A program made the position numbers and the translations under genes. A model generated the notes under the pieces. That model worked only from the letters and a program-made list of their open reading frames with translations, was not told the DNA's origin and made no database searches. Shown here piece by piece: positions 43,401-57,700 of a stretch of DNA of 64,000 nt. Every line of letters starts with the position of its first letter. Position 1 is the stretch's first letter. Source of the DNA: the human T2T-CHM13v2.0 reference genome, Homo sapiens; the NCBI RefSeq assembly GCF_009914755.1, contig NC_060925.1; one strand, written 5' to 3'.

Positions 43401-46400
43401 GCAGGAACTTGAAAGTCTGTCTCATGTTAGCTGGAGAAGATGGTAGCGCCTAGGAAAGGTAGGGTGTTGTTTTTACTTATTTATTTAGGATGCGGGGCAA
43501 GGAATTTTACTTATTTACTATACACCGTGCTTTTTGCTCAGGACTTTACAAAACATTAGCTCAATTTATTTTCACAAAGCTGATCCATAGATAATATCAC
43601 TCCACTTTCCACAGGAAGAAACTAAAGCTTAGAGAAGTGGAATACAAGGCCCAATTACACAACCAGCAAGAGCAGGGCCAAGATTCCTAGCCAGGTCCAT
43701 ATGACTCCAAAGCAAGTTCTCTCCAGATGTGTGTGCAGACAGAAGGGAAAGGGTATTGAAAATGGGAGATTAAAAGAAGCAAAAGAATAGTATTTGGTGA
43801 AGGCAAATTTTAGAGTAGAGAGACCTAGAAAAAGTGAAAGAACTTCTTTTCCTTAAGGACAAAGGCAAAGAAAAAAAGAAAGAGGTAGAGGAAGATAGAG
43901 AAAAACAGCAAGAAAAGGGACATATTTGTGATATGTCAAGTCAAACAGCCTTAATCTTTGTTATTAATTTGGGATAAGGTCACTGTGAATGTGGGCTGCA
44001 CCCACGTGCTAGGTTTTGGGGCTACGGCACAAACACATGAGATAAAGTCACCACCTCATAGAATTTAGAGGCTAGTCTAGTGTAACCGACATTAAGTGAT
44101 AATTTAAAATAATCAATTGAGTAATTACAAATGCAGAGTGGGCTATAGTGGGGAACTCTAAGAGTGGGAAGGGTTTGGAACAGCGACCTTGGAAAAGTAA
44201 ATAAGAATGTGATAAAAAAAAAACAGTCATACAATTGTAAAGGCTTAAACTTAGATTCCTGGAGGAGTTACAATGCACCAAAAAGGGAGCAAGAACTTTT
44301 AATTTGATGGTGCATCTATTATTCAAAGAGAGAACCCATCAGTTCCAGGCTGGCAGATGATCCTTGAACCTGGAGAATAGCAAGGATTTAGCAAGTGGCA
44401 ATTGGGACATAGAGGAAGAGGAGAAAGACAAGCAGGAAGTTAAAAAAAAAAAGTTGAAGCCAGAGAAAGAATTTTAAAGTAACATCAGCAAGCATTGATA
44501 GCACACTTACTTTGGGCCCAGCACCGCACCTAGTGGTTTATGAATCTTATGGTACTGGCTTCTCATGGCACATCTATAGCTTAGGTCCTGATATTTTCAC
44601 CACTTTTTAGGAGAAAAAAACAAAGCTTAGAGAAGCCAAATAACTTCCACAAGGTCACAGTCTGTAAGTGGCAAGGATGCTAAACTGCAAAGCCAGCATT
44701 CTCACGCATGTAGAAGGACTAGCCTCTAGCTCTGTATGACAGTAACCTGAGGGATGCCTGTGCCAGTGACCACTGAAGTGGAGGGAGAGGACTCCCACTG
44801 TAGGGCAAGACAAGGAGGCCACAAGTGACACCACAGATGGTGACATTTCCAGGTGGGGTGGAGAGAAAATAAGAAAAGTCACTGAGGAAGGCAGAGGGGT
44901 ATCTGAGCATATGTCAACATAGAAACAGGGTGCGCATAGGCAGGAGAATTCAACTAAGTTACACCATAAGCAGTTAAGGCCGACTCGGCAGGGATGGAGA
45001 TTTGGAGTTGGAGATGTGTGGTGAACTCATAGCCAGCTCTCATTACCTGGAAGCCTGCTGAGGCAGAAGCTCCACGAGTCTCAGCTGGGAGCACCAGTTC
45101 TGACCAAAATCAGCCCTATCATTAACTGTGTGACTTTGGACAACACACTCAACTTCACTAGGCCCCAGCATCCTCATCTGTAAACTAAGGGGGTTGGATA
45201 TGATGAGCTTTCCCAGGTAGAGTTAGCACTCTGTTCGGTGTCCTCATGGCAACTTAAATTAGCCTGTATCAGACACAGCTCTTAGCTGATTGATTTTCAC
45301 AGCTCCACAATTCCATCCTTCTCATCAATGTCAATGTCAGTGTCATCACCGAGTTCTGTGCTGCCCAGTTTATATACATTAACTCAATCCTTACATCAAC
45401 GCTCCTAAGCAGACAGAGGCTCTGGCGTCACACAGCCTGGCATGACCTTGGAAAAGTGCCTTAACATCTCCAAGCCCAAGCGTTCTCATCTCTAAAATGG
45501 GAATAATGAATAATGTCAGGACTTACTGAATTGGGCTGTTATAAGGATTAAATGAGGCAAGCCACGGAAAAGTGCCTAATAGTTCATTATAAGCAGTCAA
45601 TAAGTGTTAGCTCTTAGCAAAGTGTGTTTTATAAATAAGGAAAGTGAGACATGGAGAGTTACTTTGTAGTCGCTTGGCCAGTAAAAGGTGAGAAGTGACT
45701 TTGCACACACATCTGCGTGACTTCGGAGCCACCCTCCTCTCTCCTCTGGTGACAGCTGGCAGGCCTCCAAAGGAGAGATGGACTGTAAGCCCAAATCAGG
45801 CAAACACACCACACACATACCACAGCCCAGCAAGTGTACCATTTAGCTCACAGACCTGGAGATTCTCCACCAAAAGGACACCTGCTGTCGCCTTCTCTGT
45901 GGTAAGAACTGAGGCCGTTAGGTGCCACCAATAACTTGGAAACTGCCTAAAGTCTCTTCTCTCCCACAAAACTGATGGCCTGGTGGGGTGGCTTTTTCTT
46001 GTCAAAAGAGCTGAAGTGTGAGCAGAAAGGCATCTTTCCCAACCATGGCCAGGGGATGCTGTAACGAAGAACAGCTGAGTGGCCTTGTAAAGATGCCATG
46101 TTCTCTCAGGCAGCCTCAGCCCAAAATGTGGTGGCCTGCATTTCCAGGGCAGGCTCAGAAAGAGTGAGAGGAAAACCAAAAGAAACTTGAAAGTTGCCTG
46201 GAATTTCAAGGGAAGTGCTTGAGAGATGGGAAAGGAGGGGAGAATGGCCCTCCCTCATGGGCCCTTCCTGGGAGGGTCTGGACCTGAGATGCAACAGAGA
46301 ACAGATTGTGGCAAAGACACCCCAACAGACACAGATCACAAAGGCTTGTGCAGACTGCACCTGCCCTCACCCCTCCTCCTCTGCTCACCCACTTTTTATG

Positions 46401-48199
46401 CCTATCCCTCTCAGCCCCAATCTCCCCCAACTCTTTTTATATTCCCAGAGCCTGCACTGAACAAAGAGATACTTTAGTCTGAATAATGGAAGGGAGAAGG
46501 TGGTAGAGGGCACTGCTGCAGGAGCCCCTCCTCTTGCCTGGAGCAGATGGCAGCAGCGGGCTTCTGTGGACAGACCACTTGTTCCCCCACCCACCCCCCT
46601 GGCCCACCTTTCCTGCTTATGTGACCAAGCAAACAAATCCAAACACAACTGCGTAAAATCCTAGCCTACTGCGTGGAATAGAGCCAGCTCCACACTGTTT
46701 CTCCCCTTCCATCCGCCTCCCACCTCCTCCCAGCGAGCTTTTCATCTGCTCCTTTCCCTGACTCCTCAGCATCTTTCCCTGCCCCTCTCCCTGTTCTCCT
46801 GTTCTCTTTCCTTTTTGTCCTCTTCCTCTATCTTTCCCCTTTCCCTCCACCAGGACCCTCCTGCTTGTCCATGAACTGTAGTTGGTTCCAAATACAGGAT
46901 GCTGGTTTATTTCTGAAAGGCTCATTCGTGTCTCCCAGCATCTCTCAGGGTGACATGCTTTGCATTAGCTGTGTTTCCTCTGCCGGGGCCCCATGCACCC
47001 CAGACCCTGCTCCCTCCCCAAGCCCAGGCAACTGAAGTCCCCCCGCCCCAGTTTCCCCCAACAGATCTCAGGCAGTTGGAAAGAGTGACTACTCTCTGAC
47101 CCATGAAGCTGTTCCACCTGGGATTCTGTCATGGCTCTAACCCACACCAGCTAAGTGTGAGCTTGGGCAAGAGACTTAACATCTCTGTGCCTCAGTTCCC
47201 TCACTTGTAAGATGCAGGTTCTAATAGCATCTGCTCCATAGGGTTCTGGGATGTGGTAAGTTCATACATGTAAACAACATGCAGGCCTGACACATAGACA
47301 GTGATTGTTCAATCCAGGTTAGTGACTATTATTCCTTGTACTTCAGTGGCTTAAGGAGTCATCATACAGAACATAACATACCCAATACAAAACAATCCTG
47401 AGTAACTGAAAGGCAAGGAGGTGGTGAACAGTTTGGGAAAATGGGAAGAGAAATGACAGAAGGACCTGCTGTTTTGTCATTTCATTTTTATTTCACTTTG
47501 GTTTTCTTTGTACGACCCTTCAAGAAGTCAAGGGTGCTAAGAAAATTATAATTTTTTGAGATTGATACACATCTAGTGACAGAAAGGGAAAGGCTTGTGT
47601 CCAGAATTCTTGGAACAGTGAGCAGAATATTGGCATCTACCTGAGCATCCACAGAATCTCCAAGAACACACCTCAGCTGTGCATGCTGCCTGTGGCTGGC
47701 TTTCTCCCTCTAGTTATTTGATGGAGGATGCTTACATAAGAAAGGAAACTGGGTCACTATGAATGAGCAGTGCAGCTGGTACAGCAGGGAGTGGAGCTTA
47801 GGTAACAGTTCAAGGCCCAGGAGCACTGATGTAGCTGGCATCAGGGTGGGCTTGAGCCTAGCTCAGTTCCCAGGCTTGGAAAAATACAAGAGCACAACAA
47901 CAAAAACAATTTATTTTAAGTTCTCTATTTATGAAAATGCTGTCCTAAAAACCAGAGTCCTCTTGTATCCCCGAACAACTGGAGAAAATAAGCTGGTGAA
48001 TGGGTTCCAAGACCAGATAGAGGAAAAGAATGGAAATTACATTTCTAAAATCCAGGATACATATACTAATAGTGATGCCAAAACTTCTTTGATCCAGAAA
48101 CAAATCACTGCTTTGAAATTCATGATGAGAATAGCATCAGGATCACAGCTCTTCTTTTGTGAAATCTGTGAAATAAATTGTTTTTAAACAAATAACTGG

Positions 48200-48360
48200 A
48201 GGTGGCCACAGTGGTTTGCACCTGTAATTCCAAATATTCAGGAGGCCAAGGCAGGAGGATCTCTTCAGCCCAGGAGTTCAGGGCTGCAGTGAGCTATGAT
48301 CATGCTACTGCACTCCAGCCCCGGCAACAGAGCAAGACCCTGTCTCTAAAAAATTTTAAA
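48200..48360 (+). mobile_element. Alu monomer (FRAM/FLAM-type)
   Basis: Single arm with ggctgcagtgagctatgat; TSD aaataactgg. Confidence 0.85.
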
Positions 48361-48918
48361 AATAACTGGGACTAAGTAATATTTATGTAGAGAGATTACG
48401 TAGAGAACAAACTATTTCCAGTTGTGACATTTTATTGGCAACCATTTGATATGCTAATTATACTTCAGTAGTGTGATTAACGTAATTTTCTTCAATGATC
48501 TCTACTTCATTAGTATATATGTAGCAAGATGATTTATTATAGTTGTATTAGGACTTGAAGATTGTTAAAGTCTTTGCACCAGAAAGGACATGAGAGAGCC
48601 TATGATCAAACCCTACACTGGACACAAAAATGGTGAGCTCTGAGGTTGCATGGCTTCTTATTCTTAGGATGTGATAGCAGAAGAGTAAGGAGAGCCTGGG
48701 TTTACAACTCCTATTCCAATGTTCTTTCCTATTTTATCAAGGAGAAGCTGAGTTAGATAACCAGAAAATCAAGGTGGAGCCTGTATCTGCAACTATTATA
48801 AGAAATCAGCAAGAAATTTCCATTAAGGGGTAGACAAAAGAAGTGTCCCCCTAACAGGGTGAAGGTTTAGCATTCACAAAGGAATCCTTTAATACAGGAG
48901 AAGTATTATAAAACATGT

Positions 48919-49284
<366 letters not shown>

Positions 49285-50249
49285 TTAGTTTGATGTAGAA
49301 ATACTGCAGGGACTCACAAAAAAAAAGGGAATATATCAAATTTACCTTCTGGGCTTTTAAAAACTACATCCTCAATGGAATTCCCTCACATGCATGGGGA
49401 GGTTTGAAGGGGGCCTGCCAAAAGCTCATGAGGCAAAGGGGACAAGTATTATGGGATTCAAAGAAACCCTATTGGCAATTCTAATACTACCTCCAATCCA
49501 CAAACTCAAGCTGCCTGTGGGATCAAGAAGCTGACACCATCTCTGGCATATAACAGGCATGAAATGCATGTTTTCTCAAAGAATTTAATATTATGTTAGA
49601 GCAAAAATAATTAGAATAGTTATTTTTTATTGAGTTCCTCTATGGAGAAGTCATCATGATTAGCATTTCAGAACCATGATCACACTGAACTCTCACAACT
49701 GTACAAGGTAAGCCTCATCATTCCCCTTCTACAGATGAGGAAAGTGAGGTTCACAGAGGTTAAGTAATCTGAATACAGTCACATCGCTGGTAAGTGACAG
49801 AAGGGGTTAGAAGCCTGTCCAGTTGTTTTCATTCATACCTTTCTCAACAGGCTTTTAATAGTTGCCTAATATATTCCAGGCATTCCTTCAATAAAGACCA
49901 AATGCACCCACATTTCTGGGTCCAAGTACAAACTACAACAATGTGAAGATGATGGCAAGGAAGCAAAGACATTTATTTTCCACCCATTTCTACTTTGCAC
50001 ATCTTTTTCTAGCTCTTATCCTGAATATATCCAGAAAGTACACCTGCCATATTTGTTTATTTACTGTGGAACCCTCCTCCCTACATATGTGGAAACTGGG
50101 ATTCACAATGTACTGCTAGGGATGCGCTGTCTGAGCACTTTGGAAAGCTTCCATACGAGATACAGTCTTTAGTATGTTTCTTGGAAAGCACAGGCCACCT
50201 GCCCCACCAGGATGCTCCAGACTCCTGGTTTTACTCATGTGCCTTTGAG

Positions 50250-50425
50250 AACAGGGTTTCTCAAGCTGAGATGTGCATAAACCTTCCTGGAGGGTTTGTG
50301 AGAAAAAGATCCCCAGGCCCCAGCCCCAGGGATCCTGATTCAGTAGGTCTGAGAGGACCCGCAGATTTTTATTTCTCACAAGCTCCCAGTAGATATTGGT
50401 GCTGCCTCCCTTGGACACCACTTGG
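50250..50425. mobile_element. MER5-family DNA transposon
   Basis: ccccaggcccagccccagggatcctgattcagtaggtctg…acaagctcccag…ggacaccactt. Confidence 0.7.
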
Positions 50426-51000
50426 AGTAATGCTGTTCTAGAACCTTTTGGCTTGGAGAGGGATGTGGGGAGGGCTGCGCAGTGAATGGAAGCCTGACTG
50501 TTCAACTGTATGTTCTAGAGCTACAGGCCATTTAGATGAATAGTTTAAGAAATTTCATGAATTGATAATTTTAATGTTTGTTTATTTGATTGTTTGGGGT
50601 CTTCTGCTTGGTTGCTGTGTGACCAGCTCCAGTCATTATATTTTTATATCTCAACCATTATCTCAAAAGGGGCTAATTTTTAAAAACTAAAAGTTTCTCT
50701 GTGGGTATCCTGTTCTCAGAGATAGATAACAGCTCTGCAAATGCAGAAGAGCTTTTAACTGTACTATCCATTAACCCAGCATTCCCTGGGCCTGGTGGGA
50801 TAGGTCAGGGAGACCCTCCATGCCCTGTGCAAACAGCAAAACAAGGCTAAACACCAAATAAATGCCTGGGGTGAGGTGCTCATTCACCCAGCTGTGTGGT
50901 CACACATAAGAAGTGAGAGGAAAGGTGAGGGAACCCTGCCTTCACCTTCACCTTAAAACTGGAATAAATCTAACTTTTTATGTTCAAAAAGTATCAAAGG

Positions 51001-51095
51001 ACAGAGGGAGGCAAGAAGGAAGGGAGAAATAAGGGAAGGAAGGGAGGGAGGAAGGGAGGAAGGAAAGAAAGAGAGAGAATGAAGGAGATGAAGGG
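51001..51095. repeat. GA-rich low-complexity (GGAA/GGGA)n tract
   Basis: gaaggaagggagaaataagggaaggaagggagggaggaagggaggaaggaaagaaagagagag. Confidence 0.85.
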
Positions 51096-51303
51096 AGCAC
51101 CAACTCAGAGTTCAGGACTTAATGTTCCACTAAAAGCTAAACAAATAAAAAAAGTTTGCATGAATCTTGTGAGAAATAAAGAAGAATACACATGATTTTA
51201 TGCCTGTTTCCCAGAGACCTGTCAGAAAAGATCTTCCACAAATGAGGAAACTTTGCTCTCTTGGGTATGAGCTGCAGAGCAGAAAGTCTCCTGAGTGTAC
51301 ACA

Positions 51304-51307
<4 letters not shown>

Positions 51308-51336
<29 letters not shown>
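51308..51336. repeat. (CA)14 microsatellite
   Basis: Uninterrupted CA run. Confidence 0.95.
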
Positions 51337-51339
<3 letters not shown>

Positions 51340-53019
51340 TGGGGCCAGACTACATGCACAACTCACAGACATGGAGCCTAATTGTTACTGGTGAAAAGGA
51401 AAAAGATGACAAATTAATGCACATTAGAAATCCTTCCCTATTTAATGAAGCCATCAGCAATTTCAATTTCCTTGTTCGTTTGTTAGTGTTTGTTTTTTTG
51501 TTTTTAAGAGTGCTTAGCTAGTGGTTACTTCCTGGACCTCCATGGGTGCTTCTTCCACTTTGTATGGCATTTGTAAACAAATATAATTGGAAATAAAATG
51601 GCTCCAAACATTTGCCCTCCAGATTTTTTAAATTCTAAGGTTTAAAAAATAGCAAAGTTGCTTTCTTTTGCCTGAGATTTCAGCCTATGAGGTGCTCAGC
51701 CAAGGAGAGGAGAAGCTTTTTAACACAGGCACCATAGTCCCTCTTCTGGTGCTGGAGCCATTTCAGCTCTGAAGCAGTATTTTACATAACCCTGCAGGCA
51801 GCGCTGAGTCAAACTACCTGCCAAAGGTGATTGGTTATTGCCCAGCCTCTCTGTTTGCTACAGAGAGCATCCTGGATCCAGCTTCTGACACCTCCTCCTA
51901 CTCCAGATGCTTCATTGTATAGATGAAGAAACAGAATTTCTAAGAGATTGAGAGATCCTATCCCGATCATCCAGATATCCAGTAATAGAGCTGGGTCAAA
52001 ATCGAGAACACAGATCTGACTACCAGACAATGCTCTTCGCTTAATTGTCCAAAAGCACGTTCCCCAATTAAGTGGAAACCATGCTGTAAACCAAAAGCAG
52101 CCTCTGCCCCCAGATCAGTTAGGTCTTCTAATATTGACAAGACGGAATTGAAGAGGAGCACTGATGTCAGGATTCTATTTGGAATCTTGAGGCCACCCAG
52201 CGTGTAGTCAGCACACTGCATTGTTTCCTGTGTTATTGGTATGCATGCCTGTTCGCTCAGAGGCTGCATTCTCCACCAGAGATGGACTGTGCCTTGTTCA
52301 TCTTTGTGCTTCCCCTCCTCCAGCTGCTTACCATAGATTTTGCACACCATGAGCACTTGGTACATCTTTTTAAACATAAATGAGTGCCCAAAACACCCAA
52401 CGGAACAGGGATGGCAAAGATGTCCTGTAGATTGAGAATGGGGAGGGGGGGAAATAATCATCTGTGTTTTCTGAAATAGAAATCTTAAGGGGGACAGCTG
52501 CCTACATGTAGAGAATTACCAGGGAGTGGGTTCTAGACTCCTGAACATTTTTTTTGGAGCCCAGTCATTCAGGGATTCTTCACTCTTTGCTTCTTAGGAC
52601 ATGTTATTGTCTTAATTGCAAGCTCCACAAACCTCTGATCAACACTGCCCCTCCTAAGAGACGAGCACACGTGCAATCCCTTTGGAAAAGCTTAATCAGC
52701 CCTAATTGAGTCACAATACCAACTCAAATTAATTAGACTTTCAGAAAGTTGTCAACATCCTTCAAGATAACCTGGGCTGACTGCTCCATAGCCTTCACAG
52801 GGGAGTACGTGTTCAAATTCTAAAAGCTTGAAATTCTACCAGTGACTCCTGAATAAAGACCCTTTCTTTTCGAAGACATTCACTCCACTGGCTTTTTACT
52901 TCTATACTAAACAGAAATATAAACAGAACATCAGACTCCAGGAAGGATCACAAAACTTCAAAGTTCAAAAAGCCTATTTCTGCAGTAGTTTTACAAAGAA
53001 GCAATCTGGTGTCAGCTTG

Positions 53020-53456
53020 TTGTTTTGTTTTTTAAGAAACAGGGTCTCACTCCGTCACCCAGGCTGGAATATAGTGGTGTGATCACAGATCACTGCAGCC
53101 TCAACCTCCTGGGCTTCAGCAAAATCCTCCTGCCTCAGCCTCCCGAGTAGCTAGGACTGCAGACATTCACCATCGCACTCCACTAATTTTTTATTTTAGT
53201 ACAGACAGGGTCTCACTATGTTTCCCAAGCTGGCCCTGAACTCCTAAGCTCAAGTGATCCTGCCACTTCAGCCTCCTAGGTAGCTGGGACTACAGGCACA
53301 TGCCACCACATCCAGATAATTTGTTAGAATTATTATTTTTTTAGAGATGGGGTCTTGCCATGTTGCCCAGGCTGGCCTTGAACCCCTGGCCTCAAGTGAT
53401 CCTCCTGCCTCAGCCTCTAAAATGCTGGAATTATACGTCTGAGCCACTGCACCTGT
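53020..53456 (-). mobile_element. AluJ/FLAM composite (three arms), antisense
   Basis: Right arm, left-arm-like segment, then another left arm ending gagccactgcacctg. Confidence 0.85.
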
Positions 53457-55457
53457 CAGCTTGTAACTCCTTATCAGAGTCTCCATCTCAGAAAAGTGTC
53501 ATTGCATTCCCAAAAACCAAAAGCATCCCTGACAGAAGTAGAAACAAGTGTCTTCAGATTTAAAAGTCATCAAATCAGACAAATAAAATTAAACCTCTTA
53601 CATTTCTAGGTCTTGCTACTGCAGCAATCTAAATATATCCTAAGCTTCCTATCACTAATTTCACCACCATAAACTCCGACCATAATGGCTTAATATTAAT
53701 AATTGGCAGCAAAATTTGTAATATTATTCTCAAGGCACATTTATTTTGCATTTGATAAATAAAAGTATCATTTAAAAAAAAAACCCACCATATCCTTACA
53801 AAATACCTTTAAGTAGAGAACCTTTAAGTAGAGAAGCCGAAATCAACGAAAGGTGTCCTCTTATTAAATTTCTCATATTCAGTGACAGGTAGCAAGCATC
53901 TCCATCACTATTTTAGAATGAGGAAACAGCCTCAGGGACTTGAACTAAGTGAGTCAGTTGTGAGGCTAAAATAGAAACCAAACTTCAAGATGACCTTGAA
54001 TGAAATCCAGCCAGAAAAGAAGGCGTACATTGGTAGTGACACTTGTTTAGCCTAATGTGACTCCAGAAAAAAAGTCAGAATAGCCTCATTAAAAAAAATA
54101 GCATTACTGCAAATCCTAAATATTATTATACATTTGTCATTACCTTGGCAAATTCATCACATAAGCTTGCTGTTTGGGGTGTAGCCATATGTTACATATG
54201 CTATATCTATGCTGTCTTATTTTCCTTCCTAAGTGCAATCCACAGAATACTAAAGTGACTGTTTGTCTCACAAAACTGCTTGCTACAATATGTACTTATT
54301 CTTAGATTTTGCATTTCATTCTAAAATCTATTCAAACGTATTTATTAATTAGTTTATCCAGATCAGCAGCATAGCTGGAGGGAACTGCTCATCAAATTGA
54401 AAGCAAAATCACTTCTAAAGACATCCAAGACTGAGAGTTTCTGTCAAGACCACCCAACTACTTAGTAACAACGCTGAGTCAAAATCAAGAACGCAGGTCT
54501 GACTCCCACCCAGTGCCTTTCATTTAATTGTACCAAACCATTTTCTCCAATTAAGTGGAAACCCTACTCCAAACTAAAAGCAGCCCTCTGTTCCCAGATC
54601 AGTTAGGGCTTCTAATATCACTGCGACATATTTAAGAGGAGCAGGAAATGTCTATTTGAAGCCTTCTTTCTCTTCACAAAACCCCTCCCTCTTCCTCAAC
54701 CCTGCTCTGCCTTGCCCAGGTATTAAATGCCACTAGTTTCAAAGCCCATTAATTTGAACTTGTACATAATGAGAAAAAGCAAGAGATGAAAAGTTTGGCT
54801 GATATCAAATTGCCCTCTCCACACCACAATATGCACAACTATTTCTGCCTTTGTGGGAAACAAAAGGCATTACAGATGAGGAAGAGAAAAATGGAAAAGG
54901 AAGGATAGCAGAAGTTGTATTCCAGTAAAATGTATACTCAGTAAGAAATTGAGGGGTAAAATGCAGCTGGGATAGCAAACCCTCAAAACAAAAAGCAACA
55001 ATAAAACTCAAAAACTGTCAACTCAAGTGAATAATAAAATGCACAAAATATTCATTTGACTGATGCATAGCCCAAGACTCTCCCATAATTTGCGGGGAGG
55101 CCATTCAATTCTACAAACAAGATCTGGCTGGAACCTAGCTTCTCTCATTCCCAAGTGAGCCCAACATTCCAAACCCCTAAGCTAAACTCTCTCTTGCTAA
55201 AACTGCTGAGAATACGAAGGCTTCTTGGGATCATACTTTGAACCCAGAAAACAGAAAAGGAGGCCCTCATCTCACTGCATTTAAATCATTCATTTTCTTT
55301 TCTATATGCTCCTCTAGGCAGGAGGCTCTGTGAGAGCGGGGCCCACAGAGGTCTGGAACACCTAGTACATACCTGCCTGGATCATCACAGGCCTTTGGTA
55401 CATCTCTCACTAAATAGATGATTTGCCATGTCATGATACGACCTGAATTCTACTTAC

Positions 55458-55522
55458 ACTTATGAGAGAGAAGCACATCAAAGGAATCTGCCCACCTCGT
55501 AGCTTCTTCTGTCGATAATCTC
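55458..55522 (-). CDS. RGS8: RGS8 coding exon (RLSTEEATRWADSFDVLLSHK)
   Basis: tttttttctag|G acceptor, T|gtaagt donor, 65 nt, phases 2/1 match neighbours. Confidence 0.97.
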
Positions 55523-56360
55523 CTAGAAAAAAAGAAACATCTGTCTTGAATGTTTCTGAAATAACCTCCTTGCCCTCAACAACCGCTAAGATTTGCTCAA
55601 GAAAACAAATTGGAAAAATGTGGGGAAGGGTGCAGGGAGCAAATGAAGACTATACCTGGATTCCTGCAATTCTGTCACTGTAAATTTGTACATTCTTAAG
55701 TAACTGATGAAAAAAAACCTCAAGACTGAAATTCAGTGAATTTTGTCTGTTGGCTTTTAGTCTAAAGAACAAAGCTAAGTAAGTACATGATTTAAAGGTA
55801 TCGAGGTAACAATGGAAAGAAACTGGTCTTAGAGCCAGAAAAGTTAGACTCAGCTCCTGACTCCATTCCTACTGTCACCTAAATGTCTGCACTTCTGAAA
55901 TGGGGATAATGATGCCCATTACATAGTTGTGTGAGGGTCACACAAGGTAACATCTATGATATTTAATACAGCACCAGCACAGAAGAGGTGCTGAATTCAG
56001 GTTACTTGAATCTAAGCATATTTTTAGAGTAAATTTGAACAGTTATTTCCAAATTGAGAGCTCAGATTGACAACTAAGTAGAACCAAGAAGTATCCTTTG
56101 CCACCCACAGTTTTATGAGAGATGGATGATATGGCTTACTTAGGAAAAAAAAAAAAAAGAGGATTCCCATTCTGAGATCACTAAGCTATACGTTTTGAAA
56201 AGGAAAATAAACATTCCTTTCACTCACGTCCAGGGATATAAAAGGAGCTGCCAAGAGACAGGATTTTTCCAGTGGCTCATCTGGTCAGCATCTCACTAAA
56301 GAAGTGAGCTATATGACTTGCTGTATTACCCAGGGAATGGCACGTGGCCGTACTACTCAC

Positions 56361-56462
56361 TTGAGAGCGCGGTTGGGTTTGTCTGGAAGAATAGCTGTGA
56401 AATCACTACACGAGTCTGACTTGTGAGACAGGCATCCCAGTCGAGTCCTCATCCCTTTGTTC
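56361..56462 (-). CDS. RGS8: RGS8 coding exon (NKGMRTRLGCLSHKSDSCSDFTAILPDKPNRAL)
   Basis: ttgcag|G acceptor, AA|gtgagt donor, 102 nt; R4-family amphipathic N-terminal helix. Confidence 0.97.
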
Positions 56463-57339
56463 CTGCAACAAGCACAGGGGCAGAAGGACGGGGAAACTCT
56501 CATGATCACAGCTGTCAGCTCTATACAGGGCCCCTGGAGCTGCTGCTACGGGAGCCAGCACTGCCCCCACCCTTCCCCAGGTGGTCTCTGAAGACTTCAT
56601 GAACAGGAAGAGACCACCTAGAGAATCAATAACTACCTGAATAGGTACCCTAACCGACCCCCTAGAGGCTTAATGCTTTTCAAAGCTGACACAGCAAGTT
56701 GACGGTAAGTCAATGAAGGTCATTAGCTTGGAAGAATTTCTAAATTAGGATTCTCTGTAGGGAAAGAAAATACAGTGACAACAAAATAACAATCCACATT
56801 TTGCTTTTCCACAAGGAGGGCAAAGTAACAGCAGCAGCAGCAGCTCCTGATTGCAAAGACCCAGAAGGGGTACCAACACCAGGAGCAGAGGGATGTTTGC
56901 AGGGTGCAGGGTGCATATCAGAGTCTTAAGCACAAAGCAGGGGGCCTCAAGGCAGGCCAGTTCCAACTCAAGTTCTCCCCACTCATCCCACAAATCTAGC
57001 TATAGTCAACCCATAGGATTGATGCCTGTAGGGGGAGAAGAGTAATTGGTACAATCAGCAATTAAGAACCAATGTCCCCTTTGTCAGTTCTTATGCTTGC
57101 CTAACTAAGCTCATGTATTCCTATTTACATTTTGGCTTATCTCAATAAGCATAATTAAATTTTTAACATGTATGTTTACATTTCTCATATGTTTTATTTT
57201 CCAAAGGACCTATATAATGACATCAGGCACTTAAATAGTTATCTCTTATAACAGATCCAGTGAGAAGTTACTCTAATGTCTCTTTCTGACTCCCAACATT
57301 AGTCTCCGTTTACCACTTTACCTTTCTTTAATATGTTTA

Positions 57340-57470
57340 ATTTTTTTTTTTTTAGAGAAACGGTCTTGCTATATTACCCAGGCTGGTCTCAAGCTCCTGG
57401 CCTCAAGTGATCTTCCTGCCTCAGCCTCCTGAGTAGCCGGGATTACAGGCCCAAGCCACCACGCCCAGCT
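57340..57470 (-). mobile_element. FLAM / Alu left monomer
   Basis: tttttagagaaacggtcttgctat…gccaccacgcccagc. Confidence 0.85.
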
Positions 57471-57491
57471 AGCCTCTGCTAACCTTTAATC

Positions 57492-57700
57492 GGAGGTTGA
57501 CAAACTATAGCCCTGAAAAGGTGCCTGTCTGTGTAAATAAAACTTTATTGGAACACAACCACACCATTTGTTTACGAATTGTCTAAAGCTGCTTTCAACT
57601 ACAAGGGCAGAGTTGGGTAGTTGCAGCACAGACCATATGGCCCACAAACCCAAAAATATTTATTCTCTAGCCCTTGACAGAATAAGTTTGCTGACCCCTC
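57492..57700. mobile_element. MER58A (hAT-Charlie)
   Basis: gaggttgacaaactatagcc…aaataaaactttattggaacac…aagtttgctgacccct. Confidence 0.85.

Noticed and set aside
53806-53835. 15-bp tandem duplication cctttaagtagagaa x2
   Set aside because: Ordinary slippage duplication deep in an intron.
56829-56843. (CAG)5 tract in an RGS8 intron
   Set aside because: Too short to be unstable, and non-coding.
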